64,000 nucleotides of DNA from Raillietiella orientalis (Eukaryota). The DNA is taken from NCBI GenBank assembly GCA_036172245.1, contig JAYWIR010000043.1, forward strand, positions 434,001-498,000, in the 5' to 3' direction. Position 1 is the stretch's first letter. Every line of letters starts with the position of its first letter. Below are positions 24,401-37,859 of this stretch, piece after piece. Under the pieces are notes generated by a model, which ran no database searches, was not told the DNA's origin, and saw only the letters and a program-made list of their open reading frames with translations. The translations under genes were made by a program, and so were the position numbers.

Positions 24401-27400
24401 AGTTTTCCGTCTATGACCTGGAGTGACCCGGTTTCCAACTGCACGCACGTAATAAAGAAAATCTGGTAAAAGACGTACAAAGTAGTAAGCTGTCAATAGC
24501 GTTTATGAAAATATTGGAAATATAGGGAAAGAAAGTAGGATTGATGTGATCAGCGTATCTTCCAGAACTCAGTATATAACTGTATAAACCCTTGGTATCA
24601 AGAGTGGGTAAAAATTTTCTCGTCGATAGACATTTCCCAGGAAACGTGGCGCTGATTTTCCTTCTATGGTTTCAATCCTTCCGATAAAAACTTCCGAACT
24701 CGTGTTCCAATGGGTTACATAAGTATTACATCCTCGTGTGAATTTTTCCCGTTTGATAATTGGGGTTCCCTCTGAACGCGCCAATTATCCTCGAACACTG
24801 TATTTCAAAAATCAGGGATGAAAACCTATTTTTCCATCACTAGACGACCCCATGCTTTTCCAAGTGAAAATGTGGGTAGATGTGGGGAAGGGTGGTGTTC
24901 GGTTGAATTATAAGTGCTTATTCCGTGAATGAGGTAAATTTCCTTCGTCGGGGTTCCACACCTAAGTGGTCTGAATGACGCCACAGTTGGCTGTAGTTGC
25001 GTTAGCCGTAATGGAACTTTTTAGTCTATTTTCCCAAGTATTAAGAATGTTCCTGGTGATTCTTTTGCTTTCTCAATTGAATTCCAACAACAAGCAGTGG
25101 GTAACTGACAACTCAAAGTGTCGCAAAACTTCCATTCTCTGATAAAGTTCTTAAATTGTGCCTGTGGGTGGGATCAGGCATTCTGTTAAGCCTACATGTC
25201 TAAAACGAACCAACCGATTCTGTGAACTCCACCCTTCCGTAACTTATCTGAACTTTGCTGAATACTCGTGTTGCGAAATAAAGTAAGGTAACTTTTGTAT
25301 TGTATCTTCTATATTCGCGACAGTGAAAAGCTTGGGAAGAACTGTTTTTAAGTAGAGTAAGGCTAAATCTCTGAACGATGGAACATTCGAGTGTTGTAAA
25401 TACTGTGTAGTAGTTGTTTCTCTGTGCTGAAATAGCAGCCTTCTCCGAATTGCTGAGATGGTCAACAGAAACTTTCACAAAGCAGGGCTGGTGAAAAATT
25501 TCTACCTGCCAATCTGCAATTTCTGGTAACCCTGACGAAGCCAAATGAAACGAACGGAACTTTACGAAGCCTTTTGCTTAATGTCCTGATTATTAGAATA
25601 TCATCCCATGTTATGTTCCATTTCTCCGAAACGTAAACGGAGGGCTTATTGCCGTATCTCCCAATCTAGCCGTCACATTTTCGCTGATGTGATGATTGTG
25701 CTAATGTTGTGTGGTTTCCCTACCAAACGCGTTTATGGACTCGTCGGTTAGGAGGAAATCAGGGTGCCCCTCACCATCTTGATTTATCTTTCATTTTTAA
25801 AAGAAATCTCTACGGCAATTCTATGAAACATCCATCCATCCTCTTACTCAATCGTAAAATCTCATACCTTCAGAAAAGTTATCAACTAATGCCGCTTCCA
25901 TTGAATTGCTGCAATAGTGAACGAAAAAATTCCTCCGTGCAATGCTAATTTAATGTAAAAAAAGAAAAAAAAAGTCTTCCGTCTTCTCTTTGCTTGTTTC
26001 TTTTGTTTCCAAGCAGGAAAAGCGTTACTTATGTATACGAAGATCATTCGTGTGAATTTCAGGAATTTTATGCATGCATATTTGTGGCTTCGCCTTCGGT
26101 TGCTTGAAACTTGAATTCAGCCATGGAAAATCCTGGCTTCCATCTGCGTTGTAATCCATGAACCAGAAAGCTTGTCCGATTCTCTCTTAAGGAGCTAACT
26201 GGTTTAGGGAGGTTAGTTGGTATATTTTTATGGTGTGAGCATTTTGACAACCTTAAATGTTCTTTTGAAATTCCGTTTTTAAACATCAGTTTCTAACAGT
26301 AGTGCGTACGCAGGTGCAAAATTTATTTTCGAGGTTCCAGTAAGCCGTCTTGTAGATCGTTTAGAAGGAAACCTTGCGTTTTTCTCCCAATTTCTTAGAA
26401 TCATCTTCTGTTACGGAAATGGACCGTTACCTAAAGCCGAAGGAGCAAACACTCGTTTTCGGGTTCTCTTTACCATACTTATTCTATTGTGAAGTGTCAA
26501 TACGAATGGAAGCAACGAGTTTGTACACCCACATCTAATAATGTACACCAGTTTGTGCATTATTAGATTAGCTAATTCCTCCAGGACACGGTCAGATTCG
26601 TGTGCAGGCATTTCTCAGAATATCACTCCAAATGAACTAATACTTCTATCAGAGAAACCGAAGAAAGATAGAAAAACTTAACCACGTAAATTTAAAGTCA
26701 AAGGTTATAGAAAGAAACATCAGAGAAGAAAGGCTTAAGGGATGAAAAGATTAAGGAGGTCATGGTAGAGAGGCAGAAACCAAGTGCGTGGCTTCCTTCT
26801 TGTAAACGAAAATCTTCACGCGGCTGAGTTTCCTCTTTAAGATTTGCTTCAAAATTTCAAAGAGTGAGTGAAGTATCTATTGCAATTACTAATTGCAGTA
26901 CTCGACGCTTTCACTGCCGGAAAGCGTCACTGTTGCATGTCTTGGAAATTTTTGAATTCTTGAATCATTTGCAACCGGTGACTAAGCAAACCATTCGAAA
27001 TGAGCCTTCGGAAGCACTTCCTACATTCACCTTTTATGCCAAAGTGCATCCGGCAAACGAGAAACACAGGTTGAAGAATACGAACGAAGAAAGTGCTTGA
27101 ATTTCGAATTCATCATTCCTTGATCATATTTTAAGGCCTAGTGGTATATTGTAATATGTACTTATCACTATATTTTATCTATGCTTATTCCTTTGTTCCT
27201 TCCAAGTTGCATATTTTTCATCATGATTTACTTTTTGCTGTCTTACTGGTTTCGTTACTTACCGTTGAGGAATGCGGCATCAAAGTGGCGACATCCAATA
27301 AATGGCATCCGCATATGAATTTTCCTTCCTAGATAAATTCCCCTACACATTTTTTGGATGCTTCTGCTTTGTATTCCTCTCGCAATTCCAAGCATACTTT

Positions 27401-30400
27401 GCTAAGGGTAGGTAGGAAAGGCCTGCTGAGGTCTCAGCAAATTGGTTATGAAGAAATGCCACCGTTCGACATGGACAACAGACAAGGATGTGGGGATTAC
27501 TCATCACTGAAGTTCTGCTTCAGAGGAGGTATTTGAAAGATGCGTTCGTGCGTTCTATAGGTTGCTGAATGCTTCACTCCTTTCAGGTGACAAAAGGGTG
27601 AACAGTTTCATCGGTGGTACAAGCATTTACGTCTTATTTCTGAGGCAGCATAACCGTTTTGCCAAATTCCTTTCCAAAATTAATCAGCACTGGGATGATG
27701 ACAGGATCTTTGAAGAAACCAGGAGAATCATCATCGCTGTTCTCCAGCACATCACCTTTAACGAATTTCTCCCCCTCCTCATAGGCAAGGTCTTTTTTCT
27801 TTCTGATTTCATTTTCGTATTTTTCATTTTTTTTTACTGCACTGCAATTTCATTCTGCAAGCTTTTACGATGATTCGTAAAACAGTTATAGTGACAGTTC
27901 TAAAGTACAAAGTATAACAATCTCTTTAGAAATCGGTACCTTAGCAACGGTAAGTTGCAGTCCATCTACTTTCCCGTTCTTGACTTTCCAAGGTTTCAGT
28001 CATCCAATTCAATGAAAGCAATTACTATAGTAGCCAACAGGAGGCAACAGAACCATTTGATACTGCTGCAGAAACGAGTCATTTCAATGTGGATCATTGA
28101 TTAAGCGTCAAGAAGAGAGCTTCGGCCAACAAAATGAAACATCTCGCGTAGATCTTGTCTGATATGGTACACGTAATGGAATGAACGGAAGAATGCATCA
28201 TACTCTTTGTCGGCAACCTTCAACTGTGTATGAAGATACTGAAGTGAAACATAAGGAATCTTTGGACCTGAGGCTGAGTGTATTCCTGGATTTTTGCGTT
28301 TCCTCGTAGCCCCGGAATTGCCCCGGCCGTCAACGTGTCTTTTCGCCTTGTGGTTCCGCGTTCTGAAGTGTGCTCTCTTTGAACGCTTCTTTGAAAGAAC
28401 AGGCACTCACGCGTGCCAATGCCCTGCGACTTGGGCATGTGATGTGAAAGTCTTTGCTTTCCGGCTTACCAAACAGCTGCGTGCTGTTGTTTCGCTTAGG
28501 TTTAGTGCCTGTGATAGGAGGCTCGAAATCATGGGAAGATGTACAGTGGTGTGCGCAGAACGCCCTTCCTCCTGATTTTCAACTCGTGGTCAATGCTTCT
28601 GTTTAAGCTGTGTTGAATTGCATTGTAAGCCATCATGCATCCATCGAAAAACCTGGGCGTTGCCTCATACACTTGTCTATCCAGCTGACAAGCAGAGTTT
28701 CTATTTGCATCAGTTTATTAATGTTTCACCGATTGGCAGTGGGATGTAGGAATCGCCAACATTTGTCAATTCATTCAGCATGCATGCTTTATCTCTCCAG
28801 AATCCTGGAGTTCTCCAGGAAGAAATCCGGCCGTGAGGTCCGTTTCATCTTTATGATTTTCAGATAAGCATTGCAATCTGAGAACGCTCGCTGACTGTGA
28901 CGACGGACGAAAAAGTGCCTACTGACCATTTAACTGAGACCAGGGTCCCCTCTTTTCCATCACTAGAATGTTGCAACTTTGGGCTCGATCAGGATCTATT
29001 CCTAGTTTTTCTTGTTTTTCCCAACGAAGGAGTGGGAGGAAGACTGCTGCTCCCTTTTTATTCCCTCAGCAGAGTTTTTTCCAGAGTCCCCAAGACTTTG
29101 TTGGTATGCGATTCTCGTGCTTCGCGTCCTCCTCAAGGAATCTATGAATCGAATCTCGCTTGATTCCATAGCGTTATGTGATCTACAAGTCTAATAATCT
29201 TCAGGCGGAACTTGGAGCTTAATGGAGAAGGCCGTTGCATTGCTGTACTTTCTCTGAGGAGCTCCAAGAGGGACCAATGACTAGCGCGATTCGTTCCCAG
29301 GACACCCTGATCTCAATCCCGCGAACCAGAAGTCTATAGATAGTTTCTAGTCTATATAGTCTATCAGTTCTTTTGAGGACTCGTCTCGGTTGCATGGTAT
29401 GCAGGCTTGATTCCTCCTCTGGAGGCAGACGGCACACGCTCAATTAGAAGAAATCTGTTCTCCTGGGGAGCATCTTCAAGAGGACTCCACTGCTTCGTCT
29501 GCTGCGCATTATAGGAAAAAAGTATTTGGACGCCTTGTCCAGGAATCGGATGTGGATGTGTGTCTGAAGCAACTTGGCAAGAATATTAGGCAGGAATCTC
29601 TGAGAACGACATACATGGCAAACTTCAGCCTCTGGAGAGAAGCATTCAGAGCGAAACTGCTTCATTCCTGCAAGTGTTAGTGGTGGATTCGTTGGATGTG
29701 TTTGTCTGTGAAAGTACGAGGTGGATCACTTGGTCTTATTAAAAGCATGCGAATGTGTCATGAGTTTCTTATGAGAGGTCTTTGTGGTTAAAGGCGTTTT
29801 TTTTTTTTTTTCCCCTTTCAGGACAGCACGTAGTGAGGGAACTTTCCCTACTGCCTCTGAAAGAAGGTTTCCTATCGAATTACTCGAGTGAGATCGATGC
29901 TTCCATCTCCAACGAATTCTCCACGGTGGCCTTCCGTTTCGCACACTCCATGATGCCAAATATGGTGCAGTGAGTATAAGGCATTCCCCCTCAAAGAAAA
30001 GGATGAAAAAAAAAACGTGCATCGTCATCAGCTTCACAAATGAGAGCGGGTCAGTGACCAGAGGCAGTAGCATCCGTTACCACGTCAACAACCCTAGTGC
30101 AATCTACCACTCGGAAGGATTAGATGAGTTCTTAATGGGATCTTTGGAAAACCCTGCAGAGGACCTTGATCCACACATCGCAGCAGAAGTAAGTCTTCTG
30201 GTTTGTTTTCCACAAGTGTGTGTACGACTTTTGTCGAAGCTGAGAGATAGACTTTACCAGAAAGAAGGAACATGGGGTATGGACTTGATGGCCCTTGACA
30301 TACAGAGAGGAAGGGATCACGGAATACCTTCTTACACCAAATTCCGAGAATTCTGTGGTCTGCCCATTGCCAGATCGTTTGAAGACTTGAAAGAAGTGAT

Positions 30401-32279
30401 GCCTGCAAATGTAAGGTTTGAAACGCTTTGTCAGGAATGAATCTCATGGTTGGTGGATGAAAGGAACAAATGTGCCGCATCTTTCCATTCCGGAAAGATC
30501 GAAGGCTGTTTGTTTATTTTCAATCATTCTGAAATTTGATGCAAAACACTACACGCACTGAGAGCATCCAATACTCCGGCATGCGTTTCACCCATCAGTA
30601 ATAATAATAATCAGAATTAGGAACCAATGATTCTACTGGGCTCTCTGATAGGAAGATTCTAATGCTTCAGCCATTTCTCCAGGTGTCACTCTTAGATCAC
30701 TTCTCGAAAGGTCTTCTCAAAGCAGCTGGTAATCAAAGGAGGATTGGAAGTTATTTGGTAAAGGTATATTTCCAAATAAGATTTCGAAACATATCCGGAT
30801 TTGCCTTCTCTCGGAACAATATAAAACAATGTGTCATTTTTTATCATACTATTAGTTGCTTAAGAGCTTTCTTCACTAATAGACTTCCGTAATAGCTATG
30901 AAGTTTGAGATTTCGGAATCATTCTGTATCGCAAACTATCTTGGGTATCATTACTCTTCTTGAAAGTATCGAACTGTTTAGGGCTTTACAACGGATGAGT
31001 CAGCTCGACCAAGGGTTTTTGTTTTTGAGTGTTCCTAAATATCTAGAATCATACAAACAGCCCAAACAAGAATCGTAAAACCTATTTCGACATCAGTTTG
31101 TTGATTCCGGTGTTTGAGCCACGCGCTCAACATTACTTTCGTGCTTCTCTTATTTGATATAGCACGGCTCGTTTTTCCTACAGGCTGAAGGAGTCAGCTT
31201 TTACAGTTTGCTTTGGTTTCATCAGCATTTATGGGGGTAATTTTCAGGATCAGTATCTTAGGTTTCAGGCGCCCCTAATTTCGACTGCGAGATCACCTCT
31301 TTCCTACCGCTTCATCTAATCATCCATGAGATACTCCGCCCTCACTCTTTTCCGGGAGGGAATACACAGTATAGATGACTTGACAGGATTGTACAAGGTG
31401 GTTGCAAAAGCTTCGAAGACGAAGGCGCAAGTACACACGTTTCAATGAGCAAAGGAGCAAGTGGCACACAACAATTCCCCTTTCGTTTGCAACCGTTGTC
31501 CACCACATATGTGTAGTGCTGTTTGCGACTTCACAGAAAAAAAGTTGTGTTGGTCAACGTGTTGAGGCACCGAAAGTAACCTAAGAACTGCGACACAGTG
31601 AAAGTTATGCATTCCGAAGCGCCTTAAAGAGGGAATGATTTGCACGCGAATCCGATCGTGAAGACCTCCACCTAATGTTTATTTTCTAGGCAGTTGACCT
31701 GATCTCACTTTTGTATCAAACTGTAAGTGACATCGATGCCATTGTGGGCATGCTACATGAATTTCCCGTAGCCGGTGCTCTAGTTGGATCCACTATGGCT
31801 TGCATTTTGTCGGAGCAGTTCTTTAGGATGAAATACGGAGATCGTTTTTTCTATGAGAGCAGAGAGCAAGGATCTTTCACTGCAGGTACCCAAAGAAAAT
31901 CGGAAAAAAATGATTAAGCCTGATGCTTCAATTAACAGCACAGTTAGCTGAAATAAGAAAATTTACTTTCGCAAGAATGCTATGCGATGCATCTAAAACA
32001 GATAACTTGCCCTTACATGTCTTTCAAGTACCATCGCTCAGGTATATTCCGTGTTCTAAGGTACACAAGCTTGATGTATCATTCAGAAATCCATTTACTT
32101 CGTGTGACAGTCTCAGTAACATCAATCTTTTCATGTGGCTGGAACCTCCATCCCAATCATGGTCGCCCAAAGCCACCTCAGAAAACATTTACCAAGTTGA
32201 TTACAGTGGTCAAAACCACTCTTGGGAATACGAAGAGTGGTCCAAGGAAAAGCGGCGCTACAAGTGGCGTTTCCTTTAA
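21487..32279 (+). CDS. Secreted animal heme peroxidase (peroxinectin/chorion-peroxidase-like) with atypical distal site
   Basis: Exons 21487-21507, 21544-21652 (signal peptide LQWLVLAFCVLTLFCRA), 22631-22856, 23246-23454, 23498-23668, 23721-23917, 27333-27528, 27587-27784, 29822-29969, 30032-30188, 30240-30410, 31690-31885, 31939-32041 and 32087-32279. Motifs: KYRSYDGSCNN, LPSARLIS, CMNFVRS, QINSPTHFLDAS, GDKRVN, FLRQHN, FEETRRI, EFSTVAFRFAHS, DIQRGRDHG, YGDRFFYE. Confidence 0.95.
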
Positions 32280-33619
32280 TCAGATGCAAATAGCAAAGTA
32301 TTATCCGTGATGCCAATGATGTGATTTTATCCGTTAGAGACTTTTACCTTTTAGTACATTTATACATCAGCTGTAATGTTTTATCCACAAGAGTTTTAAT
32401 CTACATTTTACTTCAAGGATTGCCGATTTTTTAAAACTAAAAAAGAAAAAAAAAAAGAGACGTGAGAGGAACTTCTCACGACCTTTGAGACTTTGTTTCC
32501 GTCTTCCAATGTAGACAATCCAACTGTGCCGACCCCCAAACACTAAAGATTTGCAGCACTGATGTCAGTGGACCACCGTGCAGAAGCCCCACTCCATCGA
32601 GTTTTAAAGAAAAGTGTCCCGTTGTGTGGTCAGAAGCACGATCAATTCGAAAAAGTGGTTAGCCATTCTGGTTTAACGAGAGGAAAAAAAAAAAAAAAAA
32701 AATGTGTTTCCATTTCCATCGGAAGTGGAGAAGAAAAACATACAACAGAAATAGATGTAAACAAAAAGAGACTGAAATACTCAACCGTACGAAAAAGTAG
32801 CGTTAGCACCATCATTCGTCTTTGCAGAAGAATCTGTCCTTTAGTCGATTCTGCAAGTGAAGTGTCGTGTCCTAATAAATGTAATGGAAGAAATACTCGA
32901 ATTCTTTTGATCCGTTTTCGGGAGGGCGCAGCTTCACTTGGGCAATCCGAACACAAGTTTGGATCAAAGCCCATTTTTCCGACCGGTTCCCCATAACATC
33001 ATAATGCTGACGAAAGGATTTCTCAAAATGGGAGCGCGGGTTCCTTTGACGTTTGTTCCTCACGTGATCACGGAAATCTCAGTACTTTTTGTTGCACACT
33101 TAATAGATTCTTGCATTGCCTGATACTTGGCATAAATACATGGAACCTATCCAATGTGCAGGACTGGGACGTGGGATCTCATTTTGTAGTACTCTGCCTA
33201 GAAAACCGGATCCTCCCATTAATGCCTCCGCTGTCTTTCAGTATTTAAAAGTGGCTACGAGCAATGAAATTGCAATTTCAAACCACAAAATCTTTTAAAC
33301 ATCTTTGGAGTGCAGTTTCAAGTATCAGTGATGTTTATTCAAAATCGAACTAAATAAGGAAAGAAACAGTTTGTCCACTTTTAAAACGTACCAACTACTA
33401 AACCACTGCACTGGTATAGCAAGCAACCTGTGCTGTATCAGTGAACCAACTTCTACCCAATTACAGGCGAGTCGCTGCAGGAAAAAACACCTTTATTCAC
33501 AGAATCACAATGCATTCAACATAACAGCGACACAAAGGAAAACATGCTTGCTTTATAATACCGACCTGCTTCAAAATCAAAAATTTCTAAAACCAATGGA
33601 ACCAACTGAATAGCTTGTA

Positions 33620-34902
33620 TTGGGTTGGTGCAAAGAGAATTGCGGTTTCCATCATTTCAAGTTTGGCGCCGATTACCGTTACCTTTTGCTTACAGGCATG
33701 CGACGTGACAATTTCGCAAACAACGAAATTGGCACTCCTGATTTCGGCTTATGCCTATTGCCTTCATTCGTCGGTACTGCTGGATACAACCTCTTGAATT
33801 GGTCACGGGGGAAGAAGGAAGAAAAAAAAAAAAAAAAGGCAAATTCGCCAGACTTTGTTGTATGGGTTTCAACTGGGTTGGTGAAGCAACAGAAACTGCT
33901 CGAAATACCCAATTCGTCTTTGAGGTCAGCCCGTGGACGTGCAGCTCCAGCTGGTTCCGAAAATTCCGTGTTGGAAACGAAAGCCTTGAAAATGAGGAGA
34001 GTCGTGGACGTCCTTCAGATATAGGCAATAACGATCTAAGAACCACTTTACTGGAGCGTACGAAACAACTCGAGAGGTGGCAGAAGAACTCGATGTTTCC
34101 ACCATTCCACATTCGGGCCAAATGGGGCAAACAAAAAAGCTCCATGGGCGCCGCACGAGCGAACCGAACGTCAGGCAGTTCGGCCCCACGAAGTCTGCTC
34201 GGCGCTTCTTTTGCCTCAACAAAAATGGTCCCTTTCCGGATCGCCTTGTGAGGAAAAGTGGATCCTCTACGACAACCGTTCGCCACGGTGGCTGGACCGA
34301 GGAGAAGCACCAAAACAGTTTCCTAAGCCGAAGAAGCTTCGAGAAAAAAAGGACCACGGTCATTCTTTGTTTGGCGCTCGGCAAGTGGCACCGTTCACAG
34401 CAACTCCTTAAATCGTAGTGAAACAGCAACGGCGGAAAAACACTGTCGGGAAATTGAAAAAATGCACGAGAAGCTTTAGGCCAGCACGAGGCAATCGAGG
34501 AGGACCAATTCTTCTTCGTGACAACGCCCGACCGCACGTCTCACAAATGACTTTAGAAAAATGCAATGAATTGGGTTATGAAACCTTACCTCACCCACCT
34601 CCTTCTCCGGACCTGCCTCCGACGGATTATCATTTTTTTAAAATAACGTTATGATCACATTTGAGTAATTTCCCACGAGAGGAGGTTGTCAAAGATCAAG
34701 CACCGGCTCAAGGCGAATCGGAATGAATTAATTACAGGACTCTAGAATTCTATCTTGTAGGAATCAACAAACTTGTTTCCCGTTAAGAGAAATGCGTGCA
34801 GGCCAGTGGTCTTTATTTTGATTAATAAATACAATTTTCAACCGATATATGCGTCTTTATACTCGATACGTAAAAACCGCAATTATTTTTGCATCAACTT
34901 AA
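33620..34902 (+). mobile_element. Full-length defective mariner (Tc1/mariner, cecropia/Hsmar1-like) DNA transposon, 1283 bp
   Basis: TA at 33618-33619 and 34903-34904. Left TIR is TTGGGTTGGTGCAAAGAGAATTGCGGTTT and the right TIR reverse complement is TTAAGTTGATGCAAAAATAATTGCGGTTTT. Frameshifted transposase motifs: WFRKFRVGNESLENEESRGRPS, EEKWILYDN, LLRDNARPH, LPHPPPSPDLPPTDYHFF. Confidence 0.93.
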
Positions 34903-35602
34903 TACAACCAATGTTCCAAGAAACCATGTTACGATACATCTTGAGTAAAATGGGGCCATCTTACTCAATCTGGCAAACAAGTAAAGCCAAACAGACAACA
35001 TCAAAAATAAGAGGTAGATTAGTTGGGTACATAATTTTCAGATCACTGCAGCAACAGTGCATCAAATTTTTCAAAAATAACTTCTATGTAAGTTATGTCC
35101 TAATTGAATGGCTTCTCAAATATGATGAACATAAATGATTCACAAATTAAAGTACTTTGTTAGCTTTTTTTGGTTAATGGCGGAACAATAAAATACACAC
35201 ACTTCGAAAAGCTTCTCTTTCTAAGGAATTTTTCAGTCAAACATTACTAAGAAAATAATAGCTATGATTCCTAATTATATGATTCATGCAACTGCATTTA
35301 AGTGCAGAACATTTGCTTTGTTTTTCATGGTCAATTCCCCAAATCTGATTCTTGTTCAAACCAGTCTCTTGTCTAACTACCAATTGCATGTAATACCAAA
35401 TCACATGCAATAAAAAACTCATGTATCATATGATTTAAATAATCTAAAACCCCACATGGTGTTCATGAGAAACAAAATCAACAGAGATCAAAATTGGGAT
35501 ACAAAAGGCAACTGATACAAAGTTTGGTTGCCTGTTGTGCATATCTGTTTTATGAAATAGGCACCATTGCTCAAAAATGTAAAGCAACCATCAAACAAAC
35601 CT

Positions 35603-37859
35603 TCAACTAGCTTTAGCACGCCAATTGAACAAATCTTCCATATCATCTTCACAATCTGAATCCCCATCTGGCTTGCTATCTGACTTGCACTTCCTTTCTA
35701 CAGTCTGTTCTAGATGAACACTCTGCCTTATCTTGGCTAGATCAGCTTCCACCTTCAATACACGTGACCAGTGTCTCATCTGCTCCTCAACCTCTTCCAA
35801 ATGTCTCTCTGCTGTTGAAGCTAACTGGTCTTCTTCCTGAATAGCTTGACTGATATTTGTCTCTTCTTGAATTGATTTTTGAAAACGCTGCCATTCTTCT
35901 TCCGCAGGATTTCGGTACTCTACTTTACGGATCTGCAACAAAATCAGATCAACAATTCAAATTCTTCTTGCCTTTGCATCAAGCTGTGGATCATCAAAGA
36001 ATCCTTCTGGAATGCTTCCATCAGCTGCTGCTGTTGCTTCATGCATTTTGGAGGATTCAGCTTGAAATGCCATTTTATTGATAAGTAACAGAATTAAAGT
36101 ACCACATAACTCACAAACAGGAACGGTAGGAATATTACTTTTCTCCATGCTTTCTACTTTTTCCTCTGCTTTCAAAGTCTCTTCTGCTTCGACAGTTTCC
36201 TCTGAATTAAATGTTTCCTCAAATTCTTGTTCCAGTTCCTCAGCAAAACTGATTAATGATTTCTGCATTGTTTTCCTGTTGATTCCACTTTTTATTTCTG
36301 TACCAGAATCTAAAAAAGTTTCACAAGAAAAAAGCTCCTTTCATTGAACAAACAAACCAGTGTTTTGATGGCAAGGAATCTTCTCTTGTATAGGACCATC
36401 ATCAGCAGCTTTTCTTTTAGGAGCAGCTGAATTTTGATCATCATTTGATTTCATCTGTTGCTTGAGTTTGCTGACTTGATCTCGGTGACTTTTGCCATTA
36501 GTGTGTGCAATCCAGAGACCTTCATTTTTAATAACAGTGTTACACAAAATACAGGTCAGCTGCTGTAGATTGTTGAACCTGACATCAAATTTTGGTGAAT
36601 TATGTACCATTCAATCATAAACTTGTTTTGATAACATAATTATTCTTCAGTCCAAAAACAACATAGACAACATACCTTTCATGGAGTTTTAAATATGCTT
36701 GCAAAAGAAATGTCTATGTGGTGACATTTGTATTAGCTCACAGTTATCTTAATAATGTTATGAATGGCTCAAGAATGCAATTTTGTACAGAATATAATTC
36801 ATACCAGCTCAAAGAAGTCAACACCAAAAATCTAGTAATAACTACACAAATGAATGTAAAGAATGCATAGATGTAATGTGATGCTTTGATGTATAAGGAA
36901 TGAAGTTTCCAATAACTAACAATTGCACATCTCAATCTCTGCCAAAGGGGTTGAAGCAAAAATCCCTTGGTAAGTCCATAATAAGTAAGGTAAGACATGC
37001 ATCAAAATTATACAAATATAAAAGGCATGAGTCAGTGACCTAACACATTTTCTTATATGAGCAGACATGGGAGAATGTTTTAGATATCCAATGCATATGA
37101 CTATTGTCACAAAGATAAATTGGCTTGCAGCAAACATGCTCAGAGGGACTGAAGCAAATTTCAATTCTGAATATTTTCGAAAGCTTTGTAACAATTTCAT
37201 TTTGTAATTGTGGAAAAAAAAAAAAAAAAAGTTGACTCCACGATCAAACCTCTTTGTTTTTCAAATTTTTTTAAAACCCCATACTGCATTTATTACTCAC
37301 AACTAAACACAGTAAAAATAATGAAAGCAAGCACTAAATTAAAATTCTGGTAATTAATGCTCTCAGACATGTAGAAATCACAAAAAGCTCGTAAAGTCTA
37401 ATCACAAAAAATAAATACGAAATTAACTTAAATACTGTGGTATTTAAACTAACTTTGTAGTGTGAATCAAGTTGTAGTATGATAGGTTTTGGTGCACTTG
37501 TACTGGTACAGCTTAAATTCCACTCATTACATTACAATTTATTTCTTCAGAGTATAAATCAATTTCCAGTTTATTTTCCGCCTCTCCGTGATTTACTCAA
37601 ACGGATTCTAATGTTGCATGTTAAACACTGCTTAAAACTTAAGTGCAATTTGCATCAATTCAAATGACGATCTCTGTAATTATGACACACTATTTGAAAG
37701 GCACGAAAAAATAACAGTTTCATTGGAAAGTAAATTATCATACTTTGCCAAAGGAGAATCAATTCTTCTCAGGACTTTTTCTTTTGACAACTTTAAGCCT
37801 TTTTCTTCGAAAAGCTTCCGTTTTAGTTCCAATCTTTCACTTGGTTTTAACGAAGCCAT
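35603..37859 (-). CDS. ZNF830: Zinc finger protein 830 (CCDC16), spliceosome-associated
   Basis: Exon 1 (37859-37744) ends ...RRIDSPLAK. Exon 2 starts at 36578 with the zinc finger CILCNTVIKNEGLWIAHTNGKSH. Later exons contain IPEGFFDDPQLDAKAR, the EEEWQRFQKSIQEE coiled coil and the C-terminal acidic DLFNWRAK, all characteristic of ZNF830. Confidence 0.9.

Noticed and set aside
29296..29312. GHP tripeptide suggestive of a Mononegavirales L-protein motif
   Set aside because: A three-residue match in a stop-riddled frame, and a competing frame looks equally protein-like; insufficient to name a virus.
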